A DNA stretch of 37,898 nt from Bdellovibrionota bacterium (GCA_044356295.1 JBIKWN010000020.1:1-37898); one strand, 5' to 3'; shown: positions 26,297-36,539, counted from the first letter of the stretch. A program made the numbers and translations. Notes: generated by a model not told the origin, from the letters alone.

Positions 26297-28159
26297 ATGA
26301 AAAAATTACTGATTGCAAACCGTGCAGAGATTGCTCGCCGAATAATTAAGAGTGCTAAAAAGAACAACCTTAAAACAGTTCAGATCTATGGGCTCTCTGA
26401 TGAGAAAAACTCGTTTATGTATGATGCTGATGAAGCAGTTTACTTAGAAGGAAATTCAGTTTCTGAAACATATTTAAATATTGAACAGATTATTGCGATT
26501 GCCAAATCGTATAAAGCCGATCTCATTCATCCAGGATATGGTTTTTTATCTGAGTCACCTACGTTTGCAACTGCCGTGCAACAAGCAGGGATCACTTTCA
26601 TTGGTCCATCTGCTGAAATTCTTGCTCTTACTGGGGACAAGCGTGCTGCAAAAAAACTTGCAAATGATTCAAACGTACCAACACTCCCCTCGTTACAGGT
26701 ATCACCTGATAATATTTCGGAACTAGAGACTTTTTCTCAGACAAACGGATTCCCCCTCATTATTAAAGCCGCTTTTGGCGGAGGTGGGCGTGGAATGCGA
26801 ATTATCAACTCAATGCTTGAAGCAAAAGATTTCATTGAGCGCGCACGTAATGAAGCTCAAAAGTTTTTTGCATCTCCTGAAGTATTTGTCGAACCATACT
26901 TAAAAGATGCCAGACACGTTGAAATGCAAATTCTTGCAGATCATACAGGCGAGGTCCTTATTCTTGGGTCTCGGGATTGTTCGATGCAGCGAAGCCACCA
27001 AAAAGTTATAGAAGAAGCTCCCGCACCTTTTTTAAGTGAGCAAACCACCACACTTCTACACCAATACGCAGCAGCACTTGCGAAAAATGCTCGATATGTA
27101 AATGCAGGCACCGTTGAATTTTTGATAGCAAAAGAGAAAATTTATTTTCTCGAGATAAACGCAAGAATTCAAGTAGAGCATCCTGTTACCGAAGAACTAT
27201 TCGGTATCGATCTGATTGATGCCCAGATAAAAATTGCATCAGGTAAAACACTAAAATCTATATTCCCTACTCCTCCAATGCCTTGTGGTCATACCATTGA
27301 AGCACGAATTTGTGCTGAAAACCCAAGAGATAATTTTTCTGCAAATAACGGATTATTACAAAAAGTCACTGCTCCTTTATCAGCACGTTTTGATTCAGGC
27401 TTTTGTGAAGGTGATTTCATCTCTTATGAATTCGACTCTATGATTGCAAAAGTAATTGCACGTGGGGATTCAAGGGACGAAGCAATTAAAAATCTTCGTA
27501 ATGCACTTACTGAGCTTATGATTGATGGAGTATGCATCAACTCTGAACTTTTAATTTCAATCTTAGATAATAAAAATTTTCAGAGTGGAACATTCTCAAC
27601 CAATACGCTAGACAGCATCGATCAATTTTGTATAAGCGATGAAGATCTAATTGCTTTATATGTGAAGAGTGAAACTTCTAAGAGCCACTACCCTGCATTT
27701 CGAATTTTCGGAGCTGCTAAAAAAAATATATCCTTTTCACATCAGGGCAGAAAGTATACTGCTGAAGTACAATTTCATAATGATGGTTCATTTACTGTTA
27801 ATAAAAAAACATATCAAAATGATTCTCAATTTTCAGTTTCAGTAATCGGCTCTGAGCGATTCCTATATACTAAAGTTGGACAATTTGTCTTTGATGACTC
27901 AATCCAACGATTGAAAAATCAAGCTATTGATTCAGATAAAAATGGCGCACAGCACATTAATTCCCCCCTTCCTGGAACCATCGCTAAAATACTTGTTACC
28001 CAAGGTGAAACAGTACTCGCCGGACAAACCATGATACTGCTAGAATCGATGAAAATGGAGCATGAAATTAAAAGCCCTGTGGTTGGAACAATAACGTCCA
28101 TACATGTCACAGATAAATCTGTTGTAAAAAAAGGAACTGCACTTGTCACCGTTGGATAA
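26297..28159 (+). CDS. liuD: Biotin carboxylase/biotin carrier (alpha) subunit of an acyl-CoA carboxylase, probably MCC
   Basis: LIANRAEIA, HPGYGFLSE, GGGGRGMR, RDCSMQR.HQK, EIN.RIQVEH, biotin site ESMKM; adjacent to the beta subunit. Confidence 0.85.
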   Translation: MKKLLIANRAEIARRIIKSAKKNNLKTVQIYGLSDEKNSFMYDADEAVYLEGNSVSETYLNIEQIIAIAKSYKADLIHPGYGFLSESPTFATAVQQAGITFIGPSAEILALTGDKRAAKKLANDSNVPTLPSLQVSPDNISELETFSQTNGFPLIIKAAFGGGGRGMRIINSMLEAKDFIERARNEAQKFFASPEVFVEPYLKDARHVEMQILADHTGEVLILGSRDCSMQRSHQKVIEEAPAPFLSEQTTTLLHQYAAALAKNARYVNAGTVEFLIAKEKIYFLEINARIQVEHPVTEELFGIDLIDAQIKIASGKTLKSIFPTPPMPCGHTIEARICAENPRDNFSANNGLLQKVTAPLSARFDSGFCEGDFISYEFDSMIAKVIARGDSRDEAIKNLRNALTELMIDGVCINSELLISILDNKNFQSGTFSTNTLDSIDQFCISDEDLIALYVKSETSKSHYPAFRIFGAAKKNISFSHQGRKYTAEVQFHNDGSFTVNKKTYQNDSQFSVSVIGSERFLYTKVGQFVFDDSIQRLKNQAIDSDKNGAQHINSPLPGTIAKILVTQGETVLAGQTMILLESMKMEHEIKSPVVGTITSIHVTDKSVVKKGTALVTVG

Positions 28160-29513
28160 AGATCTAGAAGAAAAAATCCTTTCATTCGGTAGTGTTATTT
28201 TTGATACACTTGGATCTGAAAAACCATCTGCGTTTAATAAGGAATTCTGGAGCGCAAAAGTTTTGGGATGGGCTTTTTTATATCCCAAATTTAAAGTCAA
28301 TCTCTTTCGATTAGTTGATGTATTGCCTACTCTTCGTGACTCAAAGGCAATTGCAGAACACATAGACCTCTATCTTTCTGCTGAAGCAAAAAAAATTAGT
28401 TTAATTGCTGGTTGGGCATTTCGAATGAATCCTAAGTCCCTTAGAGCAAAAATAGCGGCTGCAATTACACAGGCATCAGTCAAGAAAATGGCAGATGATG
28501 TTATTGCAGGTACTACGGCTGAAGATGCAATAAAAAAACTAGACTCTCTTAGAAAAGAAAATTTGGCTTTTACCGTAGACCTACTCGGAGAATATTCAGT
28601 TTCTGAAAAAGAAGCTCTCATTTACCAAAATCGTTATTTTGAGATACTCGATTCGCTTGAGCAAAAAATCAGCTACTGGAATACTCTTGGTCAAATTGTT
28701 AAAGATCATCCAGGTGAAACAAGCCCAATTTGTATCTCAGTAAAATTATCTGCATTGTATTCTCAAATTTCTGTTCTTAATTTTGACCGAAGCGTATCGA
28801 TACTCACCGAACGACTTTCAGCAATTGTCCGAAAAGCTGTTCGGATCAATGCACAAGTATACTGCGATGCCGAGGATAGTGGATACAATCCCGTTGTCTA
28901 TGAAACGTTTAAACGAACGTTTATGAGTGATGAATTTCGTGACTATCCATATCCTGGCATGGTAGTTCAAGCATACGCAAAAAACTCTTATTCGATTACT
29001 GAAGACCTTATTGCTTACTCAAAAAACCGTGGCACTCCGATTGCAATAAGACTAGTAAAAGGTGCTTATTGGGATTCTGAAACAATTATTTCTGAGCAGA
29101 ATCATTGGGAATCCCCTCTTTATTCAAAAAAAGAATCAAGCGACGCAAATTTCGAACGAATTTCAAAACTACTTATCGATAATTATCGTTATACACTCCC
29201 TGCTATTGCCTCTCATAACATTAGGTCACTGAGCTTTGCATGTTGTTACGCAGAACTGAATGGACTCACAAAAAAAGATTTTGAGCTTCAAATGCTTTAC
29301 GGAATGGCTGCTCCTATTGCAAGAGCTTTTACGAAGATGGGATATCTCACTCGGCTCTATACCCCAATCGGAGAACTTATTCCAGGAATGGGATATCTCG
29401 TTAGACGACTCCTAGAAAATACTTCTAATGAAAGTTTTTTAAGACATACTTTTTTCGACAAAACCGCCGTACTCTCACTACTAAAAAAACCTGAGTTTCA
29501 AGAAAATCCATAA
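28143..29513 (+). CDS. Proline dehydrogenase (N-terminal half of a split PutA)
   Basis: FRLVDVLP arm domain, DLLGE, SVKLS, DAE, IRLVKGAYWD.E, ASHN, FELQMLYGM, YLVRRLLEN.SNESF. Confidence 0.92.
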   Translation: MSPLDKDLEEKILSFGSVIFDTLGSEKPSAFNKEFWSAKVLGWAFLYPKFKVNLFRLVDVLPTLRDSKAIAEHIDLYLSAEAKKISLIAGWAFRMNPKSLRAKIAAAITQASVKKMADDVIAGTTAEDAIKKLDSLRKENLAFTVDLLGEYSVSEKEALIYQNRYFEILDSLEQKISYWNTLGQIVKDHPGETSPICISVKLSALYSQISVLNFDRSVSILTERLSAIVRKAVRINAQVYCDAEDSGYNPVVYETFKRTFMSDEFRDYPYPGMVVQAYAKNSYSITEDLIAYSKNRGTPIAIRLVKGAYWDSETIISEQNHWESPLYSKKESSDANFERISKLLIDNYRYTLPAIASHNIRSLSFACCYAELNGLTKKDFELQMLYGMAAPIARAFTKMGYLTRLYTPIGELIPGMGYLVRRLLENTSNESFLRHTFFDKTAVLSLLKKPEFQENP

Positions 29514-29529
29514 TTTTTGAGGATAGACT

Positions 29530-31098
29530 ATGTTTAAGAATGAACCGCTTACTGATTTTACAATTCAAAGTGAGCAAAAAAAATATCTCACTGCTCTCGA
29601 CGTTCGTGAAAAACAGATTAAAAGTGGCACGCTTACCGCGTGGGCAATTATCAATGGCAAAGAAAAAAAAGAATCGTCTGAAGTTATCACTGCAATTAAT
29701 CCAAGCAAAACTTCCGAAAGTATAGGAAAAGTTTTTTTTGCTGATGTCGATGATTCAGAAGCTGCTCTGAACACTGCTTATGAGTCCATAACAAGCTGGT
29801 CAAAACGTTCAGTAAAAGATCGTTCTTCAATTTTAAGGAAAGCTGCTTCAATAATGCGCGAGAGGAAATTTTCTCTTTCAGCCTTAATAACACTAGAGGT
29901 TGGAAAAACTTGGAAAGAAGCTGATGCCGATCTCGCTGAAGCAATTGATTTCTGTGATTACTATGCAGATCAAGCTGAAATACTTTTCACTAATACAAAG
30001 ACTCAAGAGGTTCCGGGTGAAGATAATTTCTACTCCTACCAACCACGCGGCGTTAGTGTAGTAATCGCGCCTTGGAATTTTCCGCTCGCAATTGCTTGCG
30101 GTATGACGGTTGCCAGCCTTGTTACAGGTAATCCGACGATTCTTAAGCCTGCAGAACAGTCCTCACTTATTGCTTATGAATTTGCAAAAATTCTTTATGA
30201 AGCCGGCATTCCTCCTTCTGTATTTCATTTTCTTCCCGGGCGCGGAGAAACCGTTGGGAAAAATTTAGTTGAATCTGCATTAACCTCGCTTATCTGCTTT
30301 ACAGGATCAAAAGCAGTTGGACTTGAAATATTAAAAACTGCAAGTACCCAAGCTCAAGGTCAGACTCATCTTAAAAAAGTAATACTGGAACTTGGCGGCA
30401 AGAACGCAATAATAGTAGATGAAGACGCAGATCTTGATGAAGCAATCAGAGGTATTCTCTATTCATCTTTTGGTTTTGCTGGACAAAAGTGTTCTGCCTG
30501 CTCAAGACTTATTATTGTTGGTAGTGCTTACGAACCACTTTTAGAAAGATTAAAAGACGCAATTGGGGACATCATTGTATCAGAAGCAAAAGATCCAGGA
30601 GCATTTCTTGGCCCGGTCATTGATCAAGAGGCTTATGATAGAATCAAAAAAACAATATCCTACGGCAAAGAATCGCTTACTCTTTTAACCGAAGGAAAAT
30701 CACCAACCAATGGATACTTTATTCCACCAACATTATTTAGGGATGTTCCAAATACGTCCCCGCTTTGGAGGGATGAGATCTTTGGACCAGTAGTTTGTGC
30801 TACCAAGGTTTCAACTTTTGAAGAAGCCCTAGCTGTTGCAAACAACACTCAGTACGCATTAACTGGAGGAGTTTTTAGCCGACACCCCAAAAATATTGAA
30901 TTAGCAAAATCTGAATTTCAAGTTGGAAATCTTTATATAAACCGTGGTTGTACTGGGGCCATGGTTGAAAGACAGCCATTTGGAGGATTCAAAATGTCTG
31001 GAATCGGCTCAAAAGCTGGTGGAAAAGACTACCTACTGCAATTTGTTGAGCCTAGAACGATTACAGAAAATACCATGCGTCGTGGTTTTGCTGGATAA
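29530..31098 (+). CDS. pruA: Delta-1-pyrroline-5-carboxylate (glutamate semialdehyde) dehydrogenase
   Basis: FKNEP..DF, EAIDF, PWNFP, FTGS, ELGGKN, GQKCSACS, EIFGP, GNLYINR, QPFGG; has its own GAGGA RBS. Confidence 0.93.
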   Translation: MFKNEPLTDFTIQSEQKKYLTALDVREKQIKSGTLTAWAIINGKEKKESSEVITAINPSKTSESIGKVFFADVDDSEAALNTAYESITSWSKRSVKDRSSILRKAASIMRERKFSLSALITLEVGKTWKEADADLAEAIDFCDYYADQAEILFTNTKTQEVPGEDNFYSYQPRGVSVVIAPWNFPLAIACGMTVASLVTGNPTILKPAEQSSLIAYEFAKILYEAGIPPSVFHFLPGRGETVGKNLVESALTSLICFTGSKAVGLEILKTASTQAQGQTHLKKVILELGGKNAIIVDEDADLDEAIRGILYSSFGFAGQKCSACSRLIIVGSAYEPLLERLKDAIGDIIVSEAKDPGAFLGPVIDQEAYDRIKKTISYGKESLTLLTEGKSPTNGYFIPPTLFRDVPNTSPLWRDEIFGPVVCATKVSTFEEALAVANNTQYALTGGVFSRHPKNIELAKSEFQVGNLYINRGCTGAMVERQPFGGFKMSGIGSKAGGKDYLLQFVEPRTITENTMRRGFAG

Positions 31099-31111
31099 AA
31101 CAGCTTTTTTT
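31090..31111 (+). terminator. Possible weak intrinsic terminator
   Basis: GCTG-N7-CAGC followed by T7 at the end of the P5CDH gene. The stem is only 4 bp. Confidence 0.25.
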
Positions 31112-31125
31112 ATAAGTAATCTTTA

Positions 31126-31162
31126 TCAATCACTTTAAGAAGTTACCGATCTAGGTCGATAC
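31126..31162 (+). promoter_or_regulatory. Tandem sigma-28-like promoters
   Basis: TCAA-N15-ACCGATCT (31126-31152) and TAAG-N15-GTCGATAC (31136-31162); the second ends 8 nt before GTG 31171. Confidence 0.35.
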
Positions 31163-31170
31163 TTACTATC

Positions 31171-33282
31171 GTGGTTCAATCTTCTGAAGACACATCTGTA
31201 TTTCCCATAGAACGCGCTGTTGAAGCGAGTCTGCGGGAGCTATTAACAAATGGCGAAGAACCAAGACTCATTCTTCAAGGAATAACCGAAGTTGCAAAGA
31301 TACAAGGACAAGCTCTTGGGGCAGAACTTTGGATGTTTAACGAAGGAACCCAAGACGATCAACACGAAGAATGTATTGCAAATTTTGGAAGCTGTGAAGG
31401 ACGCTCCGTCACTTTTGATATTATTGGCGAAGGCTTGCCGTGTGGATTACTAAAAGTATTTCTACAAGAAAATGTTCATGATTACGACGAATCTTTATTC
31501 ATAACTCTTGCCCACCATGCAAGCATTACGATTGAACGACTTCGTTCTGCAGAAAAAATGCAGCACTTCATGGATAGGCTTCAAGTTCTCAATGAGCTAA
31601 ACCAGCTTATTGCAACTAACGTCAATCTTGACCGCGTCGTAAAGAGTATCTCTCGTGAAAGTGCATTTCGATTCTCTGCTGACATTACTCTCGTTTTTAT
31701 TTTGGATCAGGTTGTTGGTACACTCGTATGTGAAGGTGCATACGGCGTAAGATCAGATCAAGTATCATCATTCAATGAATCAGATGAAGGAGTCATTGGG
31801 CAAGTTCTCAGAACTGGAGGACTTATTACAATCCCTCGTATTACACCAAAACTTGCTGAACAACTTCCTTTTGTTTCACAACTCAATTTATCGACACTCC
31901 ATTTAAGTTGTCTTGAAGTTCGAGGTGAATCTCTTGGAATTCTTGTTTGCGGTTATCAAACTGAGCTTCGAGTCTCAGAACCAGAGCGAGCACGAATTGA
32001 AGAATTTTCACAAGCAGCAGCAGTTGCAATTGCAAACTCTCGGACACAAGAAAGACTTAAAAACTACACTGAAAAATTGGAAGAATTAGTACAAACTCGT
32101 ACTGCAGATCTTCAAGTACAAACAAAGAAAGCAGAGGAAGCAAACCAAGCTAAATCACAATTTCTTGCAAACATGAGTCATGAACTTCGAACTCCCCTGA
32201 CTGCGATTGTAGGATATTCTTCTGTCCTGATTGAAGGTATTTTTGGAGAACTCAATGACAAGCAGATTGAAGCTCTTGGAGCAGTGGTACGATCTTCAGA
32301 CCACCTTAAAAATCTTATTGATGACGTTTTAAACCTTGCCCGAATTGAATCTGGAAAAGAAGCTCCTGAACCAAAAGCTGTAGGCCTAACAGATCTACTC
32401 AAGCAGAGCTATAAATTGATCCAACAAAACGCTCTTAATAAAAATCATACTCTTGCTGATTTCATCTGCCCTGAAACACTTATGCAATCTAACTTATGGA
32501 TTGATCAAAAACATATTCAACAGATCCTTATTAACCTTCTTTCTAATGCTGTTAAATATACACCTCCTGGAGGAAAAATATGGGTCACTGTCGAAGCAAT
32601 ATCTGATAAAGTGCTGATTGAAGTTCATGACACTGGGGTTGGAATTCCGGATGATAAAATCGCAACACTTTTTGAGCGGTTTGAACGCGGAGAAGATACA
32701 TATAGTAAAAGTCAGGAAGGCACTGGTATTGGTCTCAATCTTACCAAACGACTCGTTGAATTAAATGGTGGTTCTATCGGAGCACGCAGTGAAAAAGGAA
32801 AAGGATCAACATTTTGGGTCATGGTTCCACTTGCAGCCAGTGGAACATCAGCTGTTTCATTAGAAACTCAAGGATCTGCTCAAAAAGTTAGACTTGATGG
32901 ACTCTCTGCAATAGTTGTTGATGATAGCCAAGAAACAAGAGAAGTCGTGCAAACAATTTTATCAGCTTCAGGTGCAACAGTGCTGACAAGTAGTTCAGTT
33001 CAGGAAGCATTTACCATGCTAGAACAAACTGACTTTGATGTAGTTATTACAGACCTTGCAATGCCTAATGAATCTGGATTAGTACTGATAGACAAAGTCT
33101 TAAAAAGTAAACACTCAAAAGTACCAATTATTGTGATGTCTGCTTGCGCATTCCCACAAGATAGACAAAATTGTCTTGATGCAGGAGCTACAGCTTTTAT
33201 TGCGAAGCCCTTCAAACCATCCGAAATTGTAAATGAAGTTAGAAAAGTTACTCTCGCATCAGCATTGAAAGGAAAGATCTAA
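31171..33282 (+). CDS. Cytoplasmic hybrid sensor histidine kinase (GAF-HisKA-HATPase-REC)
   Basis: GAF-like region; FLANMSHELRTPL, NLLSNAVKYT, DTGVGI, FERF, GTGIGL; receiver IVVDD...TDLAMP...KPF. Confidence 0.95.
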   Translation: MVQSSEDTSVFPIERAVEASLRELLTNGEEPRLILQGITEVAKIQGQALGAELWMFNEGTQDDQHEECIANFGSCEGRSVTFDIIGEGLPCGLLKVFLQENVHDYDESLFITLAHHASITIERLRSAEKMQHFMDRLQVLNELNQLIATNVNLDRVVKSISRESAFRFSADITLVFILDQVVGTLVCEGAYGVRSDQVSSFNESDEGVIGQVLRTGGLITIPRITPKLAEQLPFVSQLNLSTLHLSCLEVRGESLGILVCGYQTELRVSEPERARIEEFSQAAAVAIANSRTQERLKNYTEKLEELVQTRTADLQVQTKKAEEANQAKSQFLANMSHELRTPLTAIVGYSSVLIEGIFGELNDKQIEALGAVVRSSDHLKNLIDDVLNLARIESGKEAPEPKAVGLTDLLKQSYKLIQQNALNKNHTLADFICPETLMQSNLWIDQKHIQQILINLLSNAVKYTPPGGKIWVTVEAISDKVLIEVHDTGVGIPDDKIATLFERFERGEDTYSKSQEGTGIGLNLTKRLVELNGGSIGARSEKGKGSTFWVMVPLAASGTSAVSLETQGSAQKVRLDGLSAIVVDDSQETREVVQTILSASGATVLTSSSVQEAFTMLEQTDFDVVITDLAMPNESGLVLIDKVLKSKHSKVPIIVMSACAFPQDRQNCLDAGATAFIAKPFKPSEIVNEVRKVTLASALKGKI

Positions 33283-34746
33283 ATGAATCAAAGCACTTCT
33301 GGTGATGATATCCTTGTTCGATTGAAAAACGCCCTCAAAACTGATGGTGATTTTCCAGCGAGCGCAAAGATAGTCAACAAACTAAAAGAGATGACCAATG
33401 ATCCGCGGACAACTGCGCAACAACTAACAGAAGTAATTTTGTATGAACCTGCTCTTTCAACTCGAATTTTGCATCTCGTCAATAGCTCATTTTATAGAAG
33501 AGCAAAGCCAATTATGACAATTAGTCAGGCAGTTGTCGCAGTTGGAATGAAATCTATTGCTGAGCTGTGCGCAGGATTAGTGCTGCTTCAACGATTTATT
33601 CCACTCGCTCGAAAAGGTGGAGCCTTTGCAGATGGATTTAAAAAAGCAATGGTTACTTCTCTACTTTCAAGTTCATTTTCTGCTGAAATTGGTGGGAAAG
33701 GTGAAGGGAGGGGTAACGAAATTGGCTACATTTCAGGATTTTTTCTAGAAATTGGCCCACTGTTATTGGCATACTATTTCCCAAAAGTTTACGAGTCAGC
33801 AGTTTCAAGAGCGAAACTTAAAAATATTTCTATCGAAGAAAGCATTCAGCAGCTCACTGGCTATTCACCTCAAACAATGAGTATTGAAGTGATCCAAGCG
33901 CTTGGATTACCTGCATTCTATATAGAAGTTATAAAATCTACATCTGACCATACAAGACTTGCGCAACAATCGATTCGATCACTTGATGAAGAAAAAATAG
34001 TCATAGCAGGACGCTCTGTTGGAGCCGGTAATACTCTTTCGACAGCAATTCAGTCAGAAGATCCACAAGAATTTAGTAATGCTCTTAATAAAATTCAGAA
34101 TAACTTTGGCATTTCAACAGAGTCAGCAACGGCAGTTATATCAGGACTTGACCAAGTATTTCGTGATCATTGTTCAATAACTGAAATTGAACTTCCAGAG
34201 CTCCCTAATTTCATAAAAACAATTACTCCTGTTGATGCCATTCCAGTTTCTGAATCAGGCGAAGGCTCAGACTCATCAATGAGTGGGAACCGCTTCCAAG
34301 GTTATATTGAAGAAATTAAATTATCTGTTCAAAATAGAGAGCCAGCAGCGTCAATACTTACATCGCTCATGGAAGCGATGAAGTTTGGACTTGAATTTGA
34401 TCGAGTCATGCTACTTTTATTTGATTCAAGTAAAAGGACAATTGCATCACGAATGGCACTTGGAGTTGATGGATTTAGACCAGGTGGCATATCAAAACCA
34501 GTTGACTCAAGACTCTCAACACCTGAATCAATTGCACTGCGTGATGGCAAACTAGTATATCAAGGAGATCCACTTCTTGAAAATGGATGGCCATTTGTTT
34601 TTATTCCGGTAGGCAATCTTAAAAAAGGCTTAGGAATTATCTATGCAGATCGTAAAGATCAAGCAAACGAGCTCTCAGAAAAAGAAAAAGCAAATCTAAG
34701 TATTATTTTAGATCTTGTTGATCGCGCAGTTGGAGGACTGAAATAG
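33283..34746 (+). CDS. HDOD-domain protein with a C-terminal GAF-like domain
   Basis: FPA...., L.EVIL.EPALSTRILHLVNSSFY, TISQAV..VG, GFFLEIG.LLL; C-terminal FDRVMLL...GIIYADR. Confidence 0.88.
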   Translation: MNQSTSGDDILVRLKNALKTDGDFPASAKIVNKLKEMTNDPRTTAQQLTEVILYEPALSTRILHLVNSSFYRRAKPIMTISQAVVAVGMKSIAELCAGLVLLQRFIPLARKGGAFADGFKKAMVTSLLSSSFSAEIGGKGEGRGNEIGYISGFFLEIGPLLLAYYFPKVYESAVSRAKLKNISIEESIQQLTGYSPQTMSIEVIQALGLPAFYIEVIKSTSDHTRLAQQSIRSLDEEKIVIAGRSVGAGNTLSTAIQSEDPQEFSNALNKIQNNFGISTESATAVISGLDQVFRDHCSITEIELPELPNFIKTITPVDAIPVSESGEGSDSSMSGNRFQGYIEEIKLSVQNREPAASILTSLMEAMKFGLEFDRVMLLLFDSSKRTIASRMALGVDGFRPGGISKPVDSRLSTPESIALRDGKLVYQGDPLLENGWPFVFIPVGNLKKGLGIIYADRKDQANELSEKEKANLSIILDLVDRAVGGLK

Positions 34747-34748
34747 TC

Positions 34749-35117
34749 ATGATTGTAGTCATTGATGACGATCCTGTTATTCATGCCATCTTAAAAAGTA
34801 TTCTTGGTACAATGAATTTCACTGTCGTCTGCCTCAACAATGCCGAAGACTTAAATAAAATTATACATGCCAAAAACGAGAAAACAATTAAAGCCATTCT
34901 TTGTGATCTAAATCTTGAACATACAGATGGATATAAAATCCTCATGCAATCAAAGAAAATTGCTCCATTACTTCCCTTTATACTTATGTCGGCTGAACAT
35001 GAATCATCAAGAGGTGCAGCCTATCCAATTCAACCAGACGCTTTCTTAGAAAAACCTTTCACTGTTGACCAGATAACTTCTTTACTATCAACACTTGGCA
35101 TTCAGACTCAGGGATGA
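34749..35117 (+). CDS. Single-domain response regulator (CheY-like)
   Basis: IVVIDDD, LCDLNL...DG, ILMSA, LEKPF. Confidence 0.9.
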   Translation: MIVVIDDDPVIHAILKSILGTMNFTVVCLNNAEDLNKIIHAKNEKTIKAILCDLNLEHTDGYKILMQSKKIAPLLPFILMSAEHESSRGAAYPIQPDAFLEKPFTVDQITSLLSTLGIQTQG

Positions 35118-35173
35118 GACTATAGAGACCGCAAGTAACCTTCCCTGGAAGTCTTTAAATTCATACGTTTCTA

Positions 35174-35794
35174 ATGATTGATTGGTTGTTCTCACTCGAT
35201 GGTCAATACCTCTATGGAGGTATTTTTTTATTACTAATGGGAGGGGCTATTGGTTTGCCTATTCCTGAAGATCTTCCCCTCCTCCTCGGTGGAGTGCTAT
35301 TACATCAAGGCAAAGCTGAGCTATCAGAGATGTTTGCAGTTTGCTATCTTGGTATTATTATCGGTGACATCATTGTTTTTACGATTGGAAAAAGAATCGG
35401 TGCTTCTTCCAGAAACCGAGGATGGTTTGAAAGTAAACTTTCGCCTAAGGTGCTCAGAAGGACAAAGATCGCTATTGAACGAAAAAGCTTTGTAACAATT
35501 CTTATTGCAAGGCATTTGTTTTATCTTCGTACCGTTACATTTCTTGCTTGTGGAGCCCTGAAAATGAGTTACTTCAGGTTCTTACTTGCAGACATGTTTG
35601 CTGCTCTTATCTCAGCAAGCTTCATGCTTTCCTTCGGTTATATGTTTGCTGATTCGTATCAATATATTATTGATGTTTTTAAAACGACTAAATTAGTCTC
35701 AATTATTGTTGTTGCTCTGATTATTCTGCTTATTGTATGGAAACTACGAAAATCTCGTGCGCTCAAAGAAAAGGTCTCTGCATCTAAAGAGTAG
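35174..35794 (+). CDS. DedA family membrane protein
   Basis: GLPIPED..L..GG, GD...F.IG, ARH...LR, G...M....F...D. Confidence 0.9.
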   Translation: MIDWLFSLDGQYLYGGIFLLLMGGAIGLPIPEDLPLLLGGVLLHQGKAELSEMFAVCYLGIIIGDIIVFTIGKRIGASSRNRGWFESKLSPKVLRRTKIAIERKSFVTILIARHLFYLRTVTFLACGALKMSYFRFLLADMFAALISASFMLSFGYMFADSYQYIIDVFKTTKLVSIIVVALIILLIVWKLRKSRALKEKVSASKE

Positions 35795-35897
35795 AATGTA
35801 TTGGAGATATCGTCTTGTAGAATAATTATTCTAGATAATTAATGCATTGACGAATATCTGCCGAATACTACATCTTAGAAGGAGAGGTTGTTGTTAT

Positions 35898-36284
35898 ATG
35901 AGTTCTCTAACATTTGTTCATATTGCTAGTGAATTAGAATCTGCAGGATTGCTTTGGAAACCTGAAATAGGTGATGAAATTGCACCACGCCAAGCAAAGA
36001 ATACAGTGAGTATTCTTGTAGATCCCGAGGGAATGTCCCCTAGACAGCTTCGAGAAACATATCTTTGGCTTCCAAACGCTGAACAGATCGTTGAACAAAT
36101 AGAAGTACGACAAGGCATTCTTTATCACACCGGTCTTGAATTATCTCAGGGCGAGCTGCTCTATAAAACTGTTATTAGAGCTCAAATAGGTCTTATAGAA
36201 TCAGTTGGTGAGAATTTTAGGGTATCGCTTGGACGAGCTTTAAAAAACCTTTTGGTAGGTAAAGAAGAATCACCTCTTCACTAA
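35898..36284 (+). CDS. Hypothetical protein
   Basis: AGGAGAGG RBS before ATG 35898; motifs AGL.W.P..GD and WLP..EQ; no family I can name. Confidence 0.7.
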   Translation: MSSLTFVHIASELESAGLLWKPEIGDEIAPRQAKNTVSILVDPEGMSPRQLRETYLWLPNAEQIVEQIEVRQGILYHTGLELSQGELLYKTVIRAQIGLIESVGENFRVSLGRALKNLLVGKEESPLH

Positions 36285-36290
36285 AGCATG

Positions 36291-36524
36291 CTACTCTTCT
36301 GCGTATTGATATAACAAAAACAATACTAAACTAGTAAAAATACAGAGAACCATTACTAGTTTAAAAAACAGAACAAAAGCAATCCCGGCGACAAGACCAA
36401 TCAAAGCGCTTATCTCACCATTTTTGCCGAGCCAATCTCTGATAAGAAAGAGTAGTTTATGGGCGACTTCCCTCCAGGCAGCTCTGTTCTTTGAACGAAT
36501 ATATTTTAGAAATGGACTAATCAT
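36291..36524 (-). CDS. Small hypothetical membrane protein
   Basis: 77 aa with a C-terminal hydrophobic hairpin; fills the gap between neighbours without overlap. Confidence 0.6.
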   Translation of the reverse strand: MISPFLKYIRSKNRAAWREVAHKLLFLIRDWLGKNGEISALIGLVAGIAFVLFFKLVMVLCIFTSLVLFLLYQYAEE

Positions 36525-36539
36525 GGCAGTATAGAGTAT

